From positions 3,970,001 through 4,034,000 of the forward strand of contig NW_024704743.1 in the NCBI RefSeq assembly GCF_018977255.1: a stretch of DNA of 64,000 bases, written 5' to 3'. Source of the DNA: Callorhinchus milii (taxonomy: Eukaryota). Below, piece by piece: positions 22,919 through 36,837 of the stretch. Under the pieces are notes generated by a model. That model did no database searches and had not been told where the DNA came from. It was given only the letters and a program-made list of their open reading frames with translations. The position numbers and the translations under genes are program-made. Position 1 is the stretch's first letter, and the number at the start of each line of letters is the position of its first letter.

Positions 22919-24582
22919 ACGGTGACAAATACACAGTTACTACACTTCACTGTAAAATCTTGTGACGTGCTTTGCAAACTTCTCATAGCCTTAAAATGCA
23001 GGAGGAGAGGAATGATTCAAGCTGTGAAGGAATGGGTGAACTGCAGGTGGACATTTCTCATTCTGACCCAGAAAAGCAAGTCCTGTGGCTATAAACAAAA
23101 CTCCCATTCAATGAATTACCAAAATGGTCCACGTCAACGGAACATTTCACTTTGTTCGCTCAGTTTAGCGAATCTGTTGCTGTCCCCTTCATAAATAACT
23201 GAAACGGCATTTTACGTTAATAATTCATGTTTTGCATTTCAGAGTTCGCTATTATTTCTAATTTTAAATGCGGTCGGAGCCGTTTTTTTTACAAAAATTC
23301 ACAGGAGCAAATTCGCTAAATTTGCTAAATGGAGCAAAAATGTTTCCACCGCAAGTCTTTACTCTGCAGCAGACTAACCTCGTTGGAGGCGTCTGGGCTT
23401 TGAGGCTGAACTACTTCTGGAGTCGTAAAGAGTTCAGAAAAAAATCCTTGCATTTAATATAGATCCACGTTTTTAACCGCACGGTGTGGACTGCTGTCCC
23501 AGGCAGTCCTTTTGGACTCGGAATTTAGAAAAATGCGTGGAGAGGTTCCTGACTCAACACAGAATAAAAAGGATTATAGACTTGACACCAAGGGGGGAAA
23601 GTGAGATAAACATAGGGAGAAAAATTTTGTTTAGCGTTAAATGTAGCGCCTTTGGAGTTGCACGACTATAATGGGAAATCCCATTAGGCCCCCAGGAGTC
23701 TGACCTTCTACTTGGTGTACTGTTCTGCGTGGCAATTTTTGACAGTGCTTCACGATGGAGAAATCCCATTAGAAGCTGACGTTATCTATGTGTAACGCCA
23801 GCTGGAATCCCACCTCTCGGATGAGCTGAACAGCCCTTGCGCCTTGCGTGACTAAGGCACGCAACAACAACAACATCTTGCATTTATATAGCACCCTTCA
23901 TGGGTTTAGCGTCCTGGAGTGCTTGACAGTGATGGAGTCTGACCATTCGGTCATTGGTTATATTCTACCTGAGTTCCTTAATCTACCTTATGCACATCCC
24001 CTACGACCCCCCCCCCCCCGCCCATCCCACCCATGTCCAATGCCATGGTCCCGATACCATTCCTGGTAACCTGTCCAACCCCTTTATTAACCTACGAGTG
24101 AAGAAATACATCTGGTGTCCGCCCTAAAATTGTCATATCAGTTTGACTCAGGTGACATTGTGTATTCCTTCAGATGGGATGTAAAAGCAAAATCCTGTTT
24201 GCTCATCCTCAAAGATCCCGAAGGTCTTTCCAAAGTCCTGCTCAAGATTCCTCCAGTTTAATTGGTCATTTCACCTTTGGAATTTTATTTCTCACCAAAT
24301 GGCTTTTTTTATTTGCCTATAATCCTCTTTTCAAATAGAACCGTGGGATATTTTTTTAACGTCTACAACTATTTATCATAATCCTCACATTTTGTACAGC
24401 GCCTTTTCACAGTGGGAGGATGTCCTCTCCAAGCTCTTCACAGGAATTGTAAAGTGTAGTGACTGTGGATGTGTAGGTGAAAAGTGGTAGCCAACTTGCA
24501 TACAGCAATGTCCCATAAAATAGCCATGAAGCAAATGACCAATTTTATTTGGGATTGTTGGCCAGGAGACCGGGGGAAACCT

Positions 24583-24903
24583 AATAATAATAATAATAAT
24601 AATAATCCTTGCATTTGATATAGCACTTTTCACGTCGGGAGGACGTCCCAAAGCGCTTCACAGAATATAGTGTAAGGTGAATTGACTGTATATTTGTGGG
24701 CGAACGCGGCAGCCAATTGCGCACAGCGATGTCCCACAAACAGTCGTAGATTGAAAATGACCAATTTATTATTGTTTTTGGTTTTTGGTTATTAGGCTCT
24801 GTGTGGAGTAAGGAAACTTGCCCAAGGTTTCGCCCTGTCTGGAATTAAACTCAGGTCTCTCGCTTGCAAAGCGAGTGCTCTAACCACTGAGCTACAGGAC
24901 TCC
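24583..24903 (-). mobile_element. Young SINE, full length (ctccc-loop subfamily)
   Basis: Complete head with A and B boxes, CORE-like ccttgggcaagtttccttactccacac, and tail. Confidence 0.92.
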
Positions 24904-26428
24904 ACGATTCTTGATTCTCTTTTGGAGCAGGACTTTGGTTTAACATCTCATCTGATGGGCTGCACCTCCAATAATACGGCGTTCCCCAAGAACTGCTCGA
25001 TTCCTAGAGTCTGCCATCCCTTGTCCTTTGTGACCTTCTGTTCTGCATATGTTACACCTTTGAACGTTGGCGCACTGAACATTAATACACAAATTTGGCT
25101 CCACTGATATTCCCGCGGTCCACTCACATTCCCATTATGGATTATTCATTGCAAATTTGCATAACCCTGCTACTTCCACATTCATTAGCTCGCTTGCTAC
25201 ATTATTGCTTCGAATTCTGTCAGTACAGCTGTTTAGAGTACATCATTTACACCTTCAACCTTCTCTAATGTGCAGATATGACCTGCTGTGCTACTGTACA
25301 GAAATATTAATGCTCACATTATGAAGCTCATAATGGAATCAGCATCGACTATCTGTTCAGCATCTCTGCCCTCCACCCTCTGGAACTCTATCCCGCAATC
25401 CCTCCGCCTCACCCCCTCTCTTGCCTCCTTCAAGTCCCGTCTGAAGACCGTGCCTCAGGACATCCTCGCACCCGCACCCACCCATGCCCCCCGCCCCTTC
25501 TGACCCCAACTCCGAGCTCAGGTCCAAAACCCCTGATTGTCCAGCGCCATGGAATGTACTTCCGACGTGTAGAACACTTTACTGGGTGGGTGTGTGTGGG
25601 TGTGCTATTTGATATAGCGCTTTTCACGTCTTCTAGACATCTCAAAGCGCTTCACAGAATACACTGTAAAGTGAATTGACTGTATATTTGCAGGCAAAAC
25701 GCGGCAGCCAATTGGACGCAGCAGCGTCCCACAAACAGCCGTGGATTGAAGTGATCAATTTTATTAATGTTTTTTTTTCTTTCCCACTTTGCCTCTCTCT
25801 CTCCTCGTAGCCTTGCGAATTTTTCCTTTTCAAGTATGTATCCAATTCCCTCTCGAAAGCTACTTTTGATTAACACCAGGTTGGTTCCCACATTCGGCAA
25901 ATAGATAGAAATGCCAGACAATTGTGCTATTAAAGCAGTGGAAAGTCATGTGTTTACTCCCCACTTTTTACTGTCAATCTTCACCTCCCTCCCCACCGCC
26001 CCAAAATAAGAACCTTTGACTCGCCAACGAGCCCATATTCCTCAGAGCATGAATAACTTACCATGTACTGTTCTCCACCAGCTTAACATCTGAAGGAAAA
26101 CTTTTGCAAATACTCCCTTGGCCCCACAGGTTATCAAACGAAACGTGCAACTCAAGTGCTCTCTGGTATCAACCTTTCACTACAATGTCATCGGCAGAAA
26201 ACTAATATCTAAGGCTCATTTGCAGTAAATTTTGAGTTACAGGGTCTTGGAAATGACCTTGCAACTTTGCAAACGTCTTGAAATTCAGCCCAGGAGCCTT
26301 TTATGACCCAGTTTAGTTTCAATCCAGTGCGATGAGGCCAACCAGCATGGTATCCGAGCAAGCATTTTGTCCAGGATTCACGGTTATCCCTGCTAAAGAA
26401 ACAATGCGTGCAATCACTTTACAATTTA

Positions 26429-26771
26429 AATAATAATAATAATAATCCTTGCATTTGACACAGTGCCTTATCACGTCATGGAGACGTCTCAAAGCGCTTC
26501 ATAGAATATACTGTAAAGCGAATTGATTGTAGATTTTGTGGGCGAAACCCGGCAGACAATTGCGCACAGCAGCGCCCCCGCAAACAGTCGCGGATTGAGT
26601 GACCATATTATTATTATTTTTGAAGAGATTATTACCCCCAGAAAGCAATCCGCCAATTGACTGACAACTGGGTTCCTACTTACTGCTGAGTAAACAGAAG
26701 CGTCTGGAGTTAGGAAACTTGCTCTGCCCACTTGCGAGGCGAGCGCTCTAACCAACGCGCTTCAGGGCTCC
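26429..26771 (-). mobile_element. Young SINE, near full length
   Basis: Tail, body and partly deleted head. Confidence 0.88.
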
Positions 26772-27784
26772 GCGTGCAATTGCGTTTACGATTTCAGATT
26801 TCAGATTTGAGAGAGGTAATTTAGGGTGGGAGAAATAAAAGGATTGAAAGTGAGGAAGAGGAGACCTTGTAGTTGATCTGCTGGGGGGGGGATTGTGGAG
26901 CCGTGAAGAAATGCCTTCTGATGCTCCCAACAGGATGGAATGCCATTGCTGCCTTACATCTGGGAATTCAGGACTCTGTGCGAAATGTCAACGTGCCTTG
27001 TGATGGGAATTCTCTCCAGAAAGGGATTTCAATTCATCCGCGCGAGCTGTTTAAAATCTCTCTTCCGTTAAAAACAAACAAAACAAAAAAAAGTTTAGCA
27101 GCCCGAGACACACTGGTTTCCTTCTCCAGTCACATTCTCTTCGTTGGTTATTAAAGCCGTTTGCCAGGGCTTTGCCCTCGAGTTATTAAGTCAGCAGACG
27201 GAAGGGAACAGGCTTTCCCAAAGCTGTCACTTACAAAGCATCGTTAGACGTTGCCGGTGATACTCGTGTATGCTTCTCGCAACAGCAAAAAAAGGCAAAG
27301 TAAGTTGAATGCTTTGAGCTCTTCCTGGTGCAGATTTGCCTCTGGTTTACCTCTGTGATTGACGATAACAGCTCTATAGCATCCCCGAGGTAGAATATGG
27401 TCTCGGAGCACTTTACAGTGGTGGGAACAAAGGCTGAGCAGGGACAAGGTGAGGAGGTGAACATAGGGCTCGAGTGAGGGAGTTCCATAGGTCAGGACAG
27501 TACAGTGTTTTATAGTCGGTACAAAATGCGCGTCGGGAGGTTCTGGTTTAATAATAATAATAATAATAATCCTTGCGTTTGCTACAGCGCCTTATCACGT
27601 GTTCGAGACGTCTCAAAGCGCTTCACAGACTGTGCTGTCAAGTGAATCGACTGTATGTTTTGTGGGCGAAAAACGGCAGCCAATTGCGCACAGCAGCGTC
27701 CCCACAAACAGTCGTGGATTGAAGCGACTGTTATTTTTAAAGCATTATTAACCCCGAATGAGGATCCACCAATCGACTCCAACT

Positions 27785-28078
27785 GAACGTAGGAATTAGG
27801 TGCAGGAGTAGGCCATTCAGCCCCCTGAGCCTGACACGCCATTCAATAAGATAATTTCTGATCTTCTAACCTAACTACATCTGCCTGCGTTATCCCGATA
27901 TCACTGAGTGAAGAAGTGTTTCCTCAACTCTGTTCGAAAGGGCTGTCCCTTAATCTTAGTCCCGTAGTTCAAGATTCTCCTACCAGGGAAAACAGTCTCA
28001 CACTGTCTACTCTGTCAAACCCCATAAGAATCTTATATGTTTCTTATATGTTTCTATAAGATCACCCCTAATTCTTCT
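27785..28078 (-). mobile_element. CR1-clade LINE 3' fragment
   Basis: Remnant RRIRGDLIETYK and tail gctgaatggcctactcctgcacctaattcctacgtt. Confidence 0.75.
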
Positions 28079-28999
28079 GGGACGTCCTCCCGACGTGAAA
28101 GGCGCTCTATAAATGCAATCTTGTTGCTGTAGAACCGGGTTCCTACTTACTGGTGGGTAAACAGCGGAGTAAGGAAACTTGCCCAACATTTCGCCCTGCT
28201 CGGGAAGTCTCTCGCTTGTGAGGCGAGCGCTCTAACCACTGAGCTACAGGACTCCACCACTTCATCGTGTTGGCGAGGAGTTTCTGCAGGTCTGCTTGCC
28301 AGACTTCTGGTTATCTGTCTTTGAGTCCGTTTCTGGTTTCCGGTCAATCAGTGCAACGCAGCCGACTTTCCCCCATCTGTTTCCGAGCAACGGTTTGTCT
28401 AGGATTCGTGCTTATCCCTGCTGAAAATCATTCTGATCGAATCCACTGCCTTTACCTCTACCCTTTGACAACGGGGCATAAATCCATTTGTCGTTCCCCT
28501 GCCTGTTATGATACATAATAATAATAATGATGAATGCTTACGTTTGCTATGGAGGCTTTCGGCTGAGCAGAACGCCTAAGGATTCACAAAATTTACTGTA
28601 AAGTGTAATGCCGATTTTGTAATCAAACAGGAGAAGCCAATTTGCACACAGAGAGGTCCAACAGTCATGAAGAGAGTGATCAGTTTTATTTGGGGGGGAA
28701 GTTGTTGGACAGGTCACTGGGGGGAAGAGAGGAACTCCCTTCTCTTTCGAATAGTGCCACTGGATCTTTAACTACCCGAACAGGCAAACTGGACCTCAAT
28801 TTCCCATCTCATCCAAAGGACGACACCCCCAATGAGAATACTGAATTATATAAGCGCAAACTCCCGATGTGGGGCTTGAACCCACAGCTGTCCGGCTCAG
28901 GAAGGAGAGTGCGATCAACCGAGCCAGGCAGACGTCTTGAGTTTAGTCCCAAGTCCTCAGGCAAAACATTGCATCGTCCAAACCGAACCCTGGAAGCAT

Positions 29000-29340
29000 C
29001 GCTCAACGGCAAAGTGCATTTCTCTAGCGCCTTTCTTTCACTCCATCTTGGACTTGTTTCCATCGAGAGAGGAATCGTCGATGTGACATACAGCTTTGTG
29101 AACGGGTTCAAGGCTAATCGACATCAGGGAAGCATCACGGACGAAACTTCTGATGCAGCGCAGAATGCCAGGCGGCGGGCGAGAGTGGAGGGATCGTCAC
29201 TTGTGCTTGGAAAAGCACTGGGGAATGCATTGATGTGAGCGCAAATGGTGTAAAATGTGAGATTGCGCAATGTATCCTCTGCAGTCGCATTAAATCTGTT
29301 ATAAACTGTCACATGCAAATGCTTCAACGCTGACGATGTT
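29000..29340. promoter_or_regulatory. Candidate regulatory element
   Basis: Perfect C/EBP palindrome ATTGCGCAAT (29262-29271) and octamer ATGCAAAT (29313-29320) in repeat-free DNA. Confidence 0.3.
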
Positions 29341-29657
29341 CTTGCGTGAGATGGTTCAATATCTTGGTTGGTTCATGGCTGTCTTCGAGGTGAGATCCTG
29401 AGGTTGTTATTTTTGGGCCGGCGGGCGGGGCGAAGAGTCTAAAGTGAGGGAAGCCGAGGTGAAAACGGCAGTGGGTGCGATCGTAAACACTTTCCTTGAT
29501 GCAGAGTCCTGCGCTGACAGGTCGGTGATCGCACGGTGTGACCGTGTGTGTCAAATTCTGTGATAACCTATGGCAGTGGAAGTCTGTATTTACATGTTTT
29601 TTTTATGTCTCCTCTCCTGCGGTAGAGATTTAATCTGATAGATGTAGGCAGCCACAA

Positions 29658-29835
29658 ATAATAATAATAATCCTTGCATTTGATATAGCGCCTTATCACG
29701 TCTTTGAGACGTCTCAAAGCGCTTCGCAGAATATACTGCTAAGTGGATTGACTGTATATTTTGTGGGCGAAATGCGGCAGCCAATTGCGCACAGCAGCGA
29801 CCCCACAAACAGCCGTAGATTGAAGTGACCAATTT
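29658..29835 (-). mobile_element. Young SINE, 5'-truncated
   Basis: Tail and 3' body. Similar truncated minus-strand copies lie at about 25605, 27549, 31808 and 33381. Confidence 0.9.
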
Positions 29836-30196
29836 CTTAGTATAGCTTGCACACTAACTCACTCTTTAACTGACTGACAGGTCACTCTCTCCCACCTCCC
29901 CCCCCACCCATCCTGTGTCACCACCGGCAGCCGAACCTTTTAGCTATTCTACCCCCGTTCTCCTGAATTCCATCCCGGAGTCTCTCTACTTCACCCTCTC
30001 CCTCCCCATCTTTGAAGCTTGTCTTAAGATCTTTCTTTTTGCCCTCCCACCACCTCTCTCAGCTCCCTCTCTCCGAGTCTTTCCTGTGAAGCACTTTGAA
30101 AGGTCACTTTACGGTGTATTCCATGAAGCGCTTTGAGACGCCTTAACGACATGATAAGGCACTGTACCAAGCCCAAGGTTTTATCTGTTAACCCCT

Positions 30197-31147
30197 AACA
30201 ACAACAACAAGATTACATTCGTATTCCGCCTTTCATGTCGGGAGGACGTCTCAAGGCGCTGGACAGAGTATAGCATTTCAGACCTGAGCTGGGGTTGGGG
30301 GGGGGAGAAGGGAGGGGAGAGGAAGGGGGTTGGCCGATAGCATGGTCGAGGAGGAGGGTCTTGAGATGGGACTTGAAGGAGGCTAAGGAGGTGGCGAGGC
30401 GGAGTGACTGGGGGATGGAATTCCAGAGGTCGAAGGCTCTCCCACCAATGGTGGGGTGGGTGAGTCGGGAGACGTGGAGCAGCCGGAGCTGGCTGAGCGG
30501 AGGGAACGGGTGCGTTGGTAGGGGGTTAGGAGGTCACAGAGATAGGGTGGGGCGAGGCCATGGAGAGCTTTGTAGGTGAAGACCAGGATCTTGAACTGGA
30601 TCCTCTGAAGGATAGGGAGCCAATGGAGTTGGACGAGAATGGGGGAGATGGGGTCACGGAGTTTGGTGCGCGAGAGGACACGGCTGCAGAGTTCTGGATT
30701 ATCTGCAGCTGTGGAGGGGGAGTTGGGAAGGCCGACAAGTAGGGCGTTTGCATAGTCGAGCCTGGAGATGATGAAGCCATGAACAAGAGTTTCAACGGCC
30801 TGAGGGGTGAGGTAGTGGCGGAGTCGGGCGATGTTACGGAGGTGAGGGAAGGCAGAGTGGGTCATGGCTTGGATGTGGGGGAGAAAAGACAGTTGAGGGT
30901 CGAACAAGACACCGAGGTTCCTGACTGGCTGGTGAGTTGGTGAGTTGAAGTGAGCAACCATGGAGGTCGATGCTGCCGGAGCCTGAGGTGCTGAGGCGCT
31001 GGCAATCAGGAGGGCCTCAGTCTTGTTCACATTCAACTGTAGGAAATTTGCCCTCATCCAGGACTTGATGTCCGACAGGCAGTCTGTCAGGACAGCAGTG
31101 GTCCTGGAATTGAGGGTGGAGGCAGAAAGATAGAGTTGGGTGTCATC
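30197..31147 (-). mobile_element. L2 LINE, 5'-truncated at the RT catalytic motif (pseudogenised ORF2)
   Basis: ORF 30383-31249 contains DDTQLYLS...NFLQLNVNKTEALL...VRNLGVLFDPQLSF...SRLDYANALL...LHWLPILQRIQFKILVFTYKALHGLAPPYL. The K/R-rich N-terminus is flanking low-complexity DNA. (TTG)n tail present. Confidence 0.95.
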
Positions 31148-34100
31148 CCTCGGTTTCCCTCTCTTTCTGGCTCTCTCTTTTTCTTCGTGTCTCTTTGGTT
31201 TCTTTTTTCTCTTTATCTCCGCCTTTCTTTGCTTTCGTTTTCCTTTCACCGTTTTTCTTTTTCACTTTTTCTCTTTCTCTCCCTTCTCTCCCGGAGAGTT
31301 GCACCCAACTTACCTACTCCCGGCGCCTATTGGGTGCAGCTTGGCAAAAGACTACACTTGTGGATCCCTCCGTCCACTCGCGCAACCCCCCCCCCTTCTC
31401 CCGCCCGCCCGTGAATCAAATATTTTATCAGCAAATATCCTCTTTCTGCAGTAAACGCGAAATCTTTCGCCCGTACATCACCATTGATTTTTTTCCAAAG
31501 CATTATGTAAGTCCATAAACCCTTTCCGGTCCAGCGGTTTTGCTCAAGAAAGATTTCAGGAAATCAATAAACACTCCTTTTGCTATCGGTGTTGCTGTCT
31601 GACTATTCAACTGACTCTGTGGCCGGAAAAAAAAAGCCTGTTGTAAACTGGGTTGCTTGCCATTTGAACATTTAATGAGGAGTCTTGAGAGATCTGCAGG
31701 CCCGCTGACCAGCGGAAGGTATCGCTTCAATCACAAAAACGTGAAGCCTGGCTTCATTCTGTTCATATCCCAACATGGCTCGGTTGGTAATAACAATACT
31801 ACAGCTGATAATAATCCTTGCATTTGATATGGCGCCTTAGCACATCTTCCAGACGTCTCAAGGTGCTTCACAGACTGTACTGTAAAGTGAATTGACTGTA
31901 TATTTTGTGGTAGCTTCAGACTGCGTGTTCAAAACTTGCTTTGATGTCCAGTCGAAGCCAACACACTCCAATGGTGGGATTGGAATGGAATGGGTTGGGA
32001 TGGGTGGGAGAGCAGCATTGTTGGAGATGCTGAACTTTGGATGTGACGTTGAAGCAAAGTCTCTTAAGCCTGTTCAGGTAGATGGTATAGATCCCATGGT
32101 GCTATTTTTAAAAAGAAAGAAAAAAAAATCTTCTGGTGTCCTGGCCAGCAATCGCCAGATAAAATTGACCATACATTTCATAGCTGTTTATGGGATATTG
32201 CTGTGCCTAAAACTGTCAACAACATTGAATACTTTACAACTTGCATTCAAATTGGGAGGATGCCTTAAAAGAGCTGAGCAATCCTGCATTGGCACCTGAG
32301 CTTGGGATGGGAACCTAAGGGAAAGGGGTGGCGAGGGGCAAGTTGACAGAAACCATGGTCATAGATAAAGGTTTCGCGATAGAGCTTGAGGGAGTGAGTT
32401 GGACGGACTCCGAGATGCAGTTCCAGAGAATGGGGGGGGCGGGGGGGGGGGGGGATGGGTTAAAAGCTCAGTCGCTGATGGTGAGATGATAGTGATTCAC
32501 TTACAAATAGTTGCTGCACTTAAAGGAAATGCTTCGCGATGTTTTGAGGTTATTGTGTTTCAGGGATTGTGTCAAGTGCAATGATTATAATATTCAGCAT
32601 TCTGGAACGTTTCTTCATTCAGGCTCGTGTGTGTGTGTGTGTGTTGCCTGTTTGTTTGGTACATCAGTCGAGGGGATGAAATGCTAGTTGCTAGCACATC
32701 AATGCCATTAAAAAAAAGGACATCACAAATGTGTGTGTTCTCTGTGCGAGATTCCCCCGTATGTTGCCAACTCACAAGACATCTGCTCTGTGGAAATGGC
32801 AATTCAGAGCCAAGTCAGTGTTAAGTGGAGGGGTTTCCCTGCAGAAAATCCTGTTTACTTTGCAAGACGCTAGGAACAAGATTTAGATTACGTTTACTAT
32901 TTTTTTNAGGAAGGATCTTCTTAAATTGTTGTTATTTCAGCCCTGCTTTCTTTGATGCCTTCAATTAGTTTATGACTTTAGTCTCAACCTAGCCTCTTGG
33001 GATATTAGTTTGCTTACAAATACACAATTCCTATGCTATATAAATGCTAATTGTTGTTATTGTTGTAAAGTTTTGAGACGTACTACTGAAGTGGAAGGCA
33101 GTAGATCGAACGCAAGAATTGTTAATGCCGTTTAATGCTTTTATATTGTTCTGTCAATTGAAAAATCAAACGTTTTATTCTAAATATTGTACTTTAAATT
33201 TTTTTAAAATCTTTACTTGACAATAGTATATCCAACATTCTTGATATTAAGTCTTGGTATGAAAGCAGAGGACATGTTTCGCACATTTCAAAGCATGTGA
33301 AGATGGGTACATTGTGGCTCTTTAGCGTTCAGTCTCTTAAGGCATTATTGAACACTTTGGCTGATTGGGTTGGAGGAAGGATAATAATAATAATCTGGCA
33401 TTTGATACAGCGCCTTATCACGTCGTCGAGACGTCTCAAAGCACTTCATAGGATATACAGTAAAGTGTAGTGACTGTGTATTTTGTGGGAGATCCAGGGA
33501 CATGATGGATCCTGGGCTGGGCAGAACAAAGGTCTGGAGTAGCCCCAATGAGATGCGGACGGGGCAGGGATAACAGTGAGGTCCATCTTATCTTTGGGGT
33601 AAGTCTATAGAAAAAGTTCAGATTAATTAAACTATCCATTGAGTTTTTTTTAAAAAAAGCTGTAACCTTAATTTCAGTTCTTACTTTGAACCCTGTTTGT
33701 TTGTTTGTTTGTGTGTGTGTGTGTTTGGGCATCTTCAATACCTCTGAGGCGCAGAACTTCACATGCTCTGTCGTCAAGAGGTAAATGTAGACTGCCCCCC
33801 CCCCACACCCCCACCCCCTGTGTACTGTTTGCCGTGTTATTAGCGAGGCAGGTAGTCGGCTCGAAATAGGATTTGATTCACGGCTGTTTGTGGAACGTTG
33901 CCTCGCACAGGTAAAACCCCGAATGGGCTTTGGGATGTCTTCCCAAGGTGAAAGGCGCTATATCAAATGCAAGGACGATGTACCGTAAAGTAGTGACTGT
34001 AATTTGTAAAAGATGTTTTAGCTACGCCTACAGTCAATTCACTCTACAGTCTATTCTAGTGAAGCTCTTTGAGACGTCTCGACGACGTGGCAAGTCGCTA

Positions 34101-34284
34101 TATCAAATGCAAGAGTATTATTACTACTGTTACTATTATTACTGTACAAAGAGAGGAGACTCCAACGGTACTTGGCTAGCAGTGATGTTTGCAGTCATGA
34201 GATGGTTAGAGAATGCCGTTGGCAGGTTGCCCAAGCTCCCTTCAGTTTCACAACCCAATGAGCTGTGAAGCTTATCTTTTTTGG

Positions 34285-34570
34285 TCAGTCTGACACCTGC
34301 AGAATCCCATCACTAGGCATAACAGTATCCACATCAGAGTTCCACACATATACGCCACCCGTATGTGGAAATTTCTCTGTGTCTGGAATGAAATTTGCCT
34401 TCTTTTTTTTTAATTCTGGGGAGGTTTAGGTTGGCAAGAGCCAAGGCTGAAGGATACAAGAATGTGGTCAGGGTACTGTTGGAGGTTAATTAGCTAAAAA
34501 GTGCTTAGCCTTTGTGTTTTACCAGGCTGAACCCCAGCAGTACCCCCAACACACACTCTTGAGTCCCCAA
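34285..34570 (-). mobile_element. Unclassified ~400-bp repeat copy
   Basis: gtctgacacctgcagaatcccatcac...aggttggcaagagccaagg. Confidence 0.6.
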
Positions 34571-35379
34571 AGTACGAGTAACGGCAGAAAATATCAAATA
34601 GATGCAACAATTATTAAATTCTCCTTGCATTTGGTATAGCACCTTTTACGTCGGGAGCACGTCTCAAAGCACTTCACAGTTCAAGCGCTTCAACTGAATC
34701 AAGCTAATGATATTTTTTGTGTTGTTATTAAGTTATTATATAGGGCGGACACCAGATGTATTCGGGGCACTGCTGTGCGCAATTCGCTGCAGCGGTCTGC
34801 CCACAAATACACAGTCGATCCACTTTTGCAATATATTCTGTGAAGCGATTTGAGACGTCTCAACGACGTGATGAGGAACTGTGTCAGAAGCAGCGGATTA
34901 TTATTAGTTCATTGTTAACTGTAGCACCATGAGCGCTGGCTATACTCTGTTAAAACGTGAACATTTTCAATCGTACATCTTTTTCTGCATGTTTCACATG
35001 ATCAATGTTAAAACGCAGATAAATCCAAAGTGAAGAATGCTTTTCAATTTGCAGTCTTCCCCCCCCCCCTCCCCCCATGCCCCCCACCCCCCAAATATTT
35101 TTTAAATGAATTGCCGACTTGGGCTTTATTGTACTGCAGCAAGTGGAAAAATGTGGTGCTGCTGAAAAATGGTATAATTACATTTTCGTGGAGTCTGCAG
35201 CCTAGAAACCACAGAAATAATCACATACCTCGCTCGATTCTTTTTTTATATATATATACCCCTACGATATGGATGAATCTTTCAAAAGCCATCCCTTCTT
35301 GCTGCGGTAATCATTACCTCCGTAACCACAGCAGCAAAAAAAAAATACTGGTAACTGATAGAGAGCACATTACTTGAAG

Positions 35380-36130
35380 ACTGCTGATGCCGAATGCATT
35401 AAGCAGGAAAAAAATTATCCTGGGAGCTCAAGATTTGTGCAGTTATCAGTAAACACTGATGAATTGCCCTCTTGATCCTTCCTTGTGTAAGTGCTTAAGA
35501 GTTTTCTGTCTCAACAGCTGGAAGGGATGTTTCCCGAGACTAGTCAAGACTGATATGTTGACTATCACACATGTACGCATTCAGTCACCTCGCGTCTCAG
35601 AGGAAACCGACATCATAAAGTGCTGCTTCTCATCTTTTAATCTGTCTCGCCAAGATGACAGCGGGCAATAAAGCACATCATCCCAGGGTGACAAACGAGA
35701 GCCGAAATGCTGATTGTTGTCCTCAGTGATGCACTGGGACAAAACTACTTTAAAGCCCTTCAGCTTAGTTTTTGTGCACACTAATCACTGCGAAGGAAAT
35801 TGCTATTGTGTGAAACTGATGTTGTTGACTCTATCAGCGTGCGCGTTAGCATCTTGGCAGAGAACCTCAATGCCTTTTTTGTTTAAAAAATATATATAAT
35901 CCCGGCGTGTTAAACTGAAATTGTGGGAATATCCTAGTTTTATTAGGTGCTGTTGGGCTTTTTGTGTTGGTTATGTGAGCTTTCCACCTCTTCGCCACTC
36001 CATCACACTGAATTAAGTGGCTCCTTTCTTTGCTTCAGTGGTCAGCGAGGAACCATTGCAAGTAGAACCTGGTATATTGATTTGGCGAATTATCCAGTTA
36101 TTCTGGAGCAAAAATGTATGTATATTTTTT
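35380..36130. promoter_or_regulatory. Long repeat-free block, candidate conserved non-coding element(s)
   Basis: About 750 bp without recognisable TE in a TE-dense window; no convincing ORF or splice pair. Confidence 0.3.
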
Positions 36131-36504
36131 AAAAGCTGCTAAATTTCGTGATGGTATTGATGTGCGTGAACGGGCCATAATAATAATAATAAATAATAAA
36201 TCATAATAATAATTGTACTTGGTATAGCATCTTTCACTTCAGGTGGACATCCCCAAGTGCTTCACAGGAATTTACTGTGGAATGCAGTGATTTTATTTGT
36301 GTAGGTTAACGTAGCAAACAGTTTCTACAGACAGCCATTCAGTGAATCGGCAGTGCGATTACTCAACCCTATGTTGTAGTTGACCTATGTCAGAGTTGAC
36401 CTATAACCCTATGTTGAATGACCACATCGTAGGGTAGTAATGGAATTTCCTCCAGCTTTGAAGCCGCAACATCCTTCAGTAAAACAATTCCTTCGAAAAA
36501 AATT

Positions 36505-36693
36505 ATAATAATAAAAAATTGGTCGCTTCAATCCACGACTGTTTGTGGGACACAGCTGGGCGCAATTGGCTGCCGCGTTCACCCACAAAACATACAGTTA
36601 ATTCGCTTTACTGTATATTCTGTGGTGCGCTTTGAGACGTCTCGAAGATGTGATAAGGCGCTATTTCTGATGCAAGGATTATTATTATTATTA
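36505..36693 (+). mobile_element. Young SINE, 5'-truncated
   Basis: Body and tail ending gcaaggattattattatt. Confidence 0.9.
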
Positions 36694-36837
36694 CATCGGG
36701 GCAGTCAAAGTGACAGTGAGCAGATGGCTCATGGAAGGTGGAATCATGCCTTGGGGTCATTATGTCTCACCAACCTATATTGTATCTGCACTCTTTGAAG
36801 CATTGGAAACCTGACCTTGTTTTAGGCCATTTTTGGA

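Noticed and set aside
28642..29238. 198-aa ORF
   Set aside because: The first half is an antisense Deu-SINE, the start is non-ATG, and no domain or splice structure is recognisable.
30383..31249. 288-aa ORF as a host gene
   Set aside because: It is L2 ORF2 remnant fused by chance to a pyrimidine-rich flank, and it is internally frameshifted relative to L2.
32907..32907. Single N here and at 43505
   Set aside because: Ambiguous base calls at homopolymer ends; assembly artefacts rather than biology.
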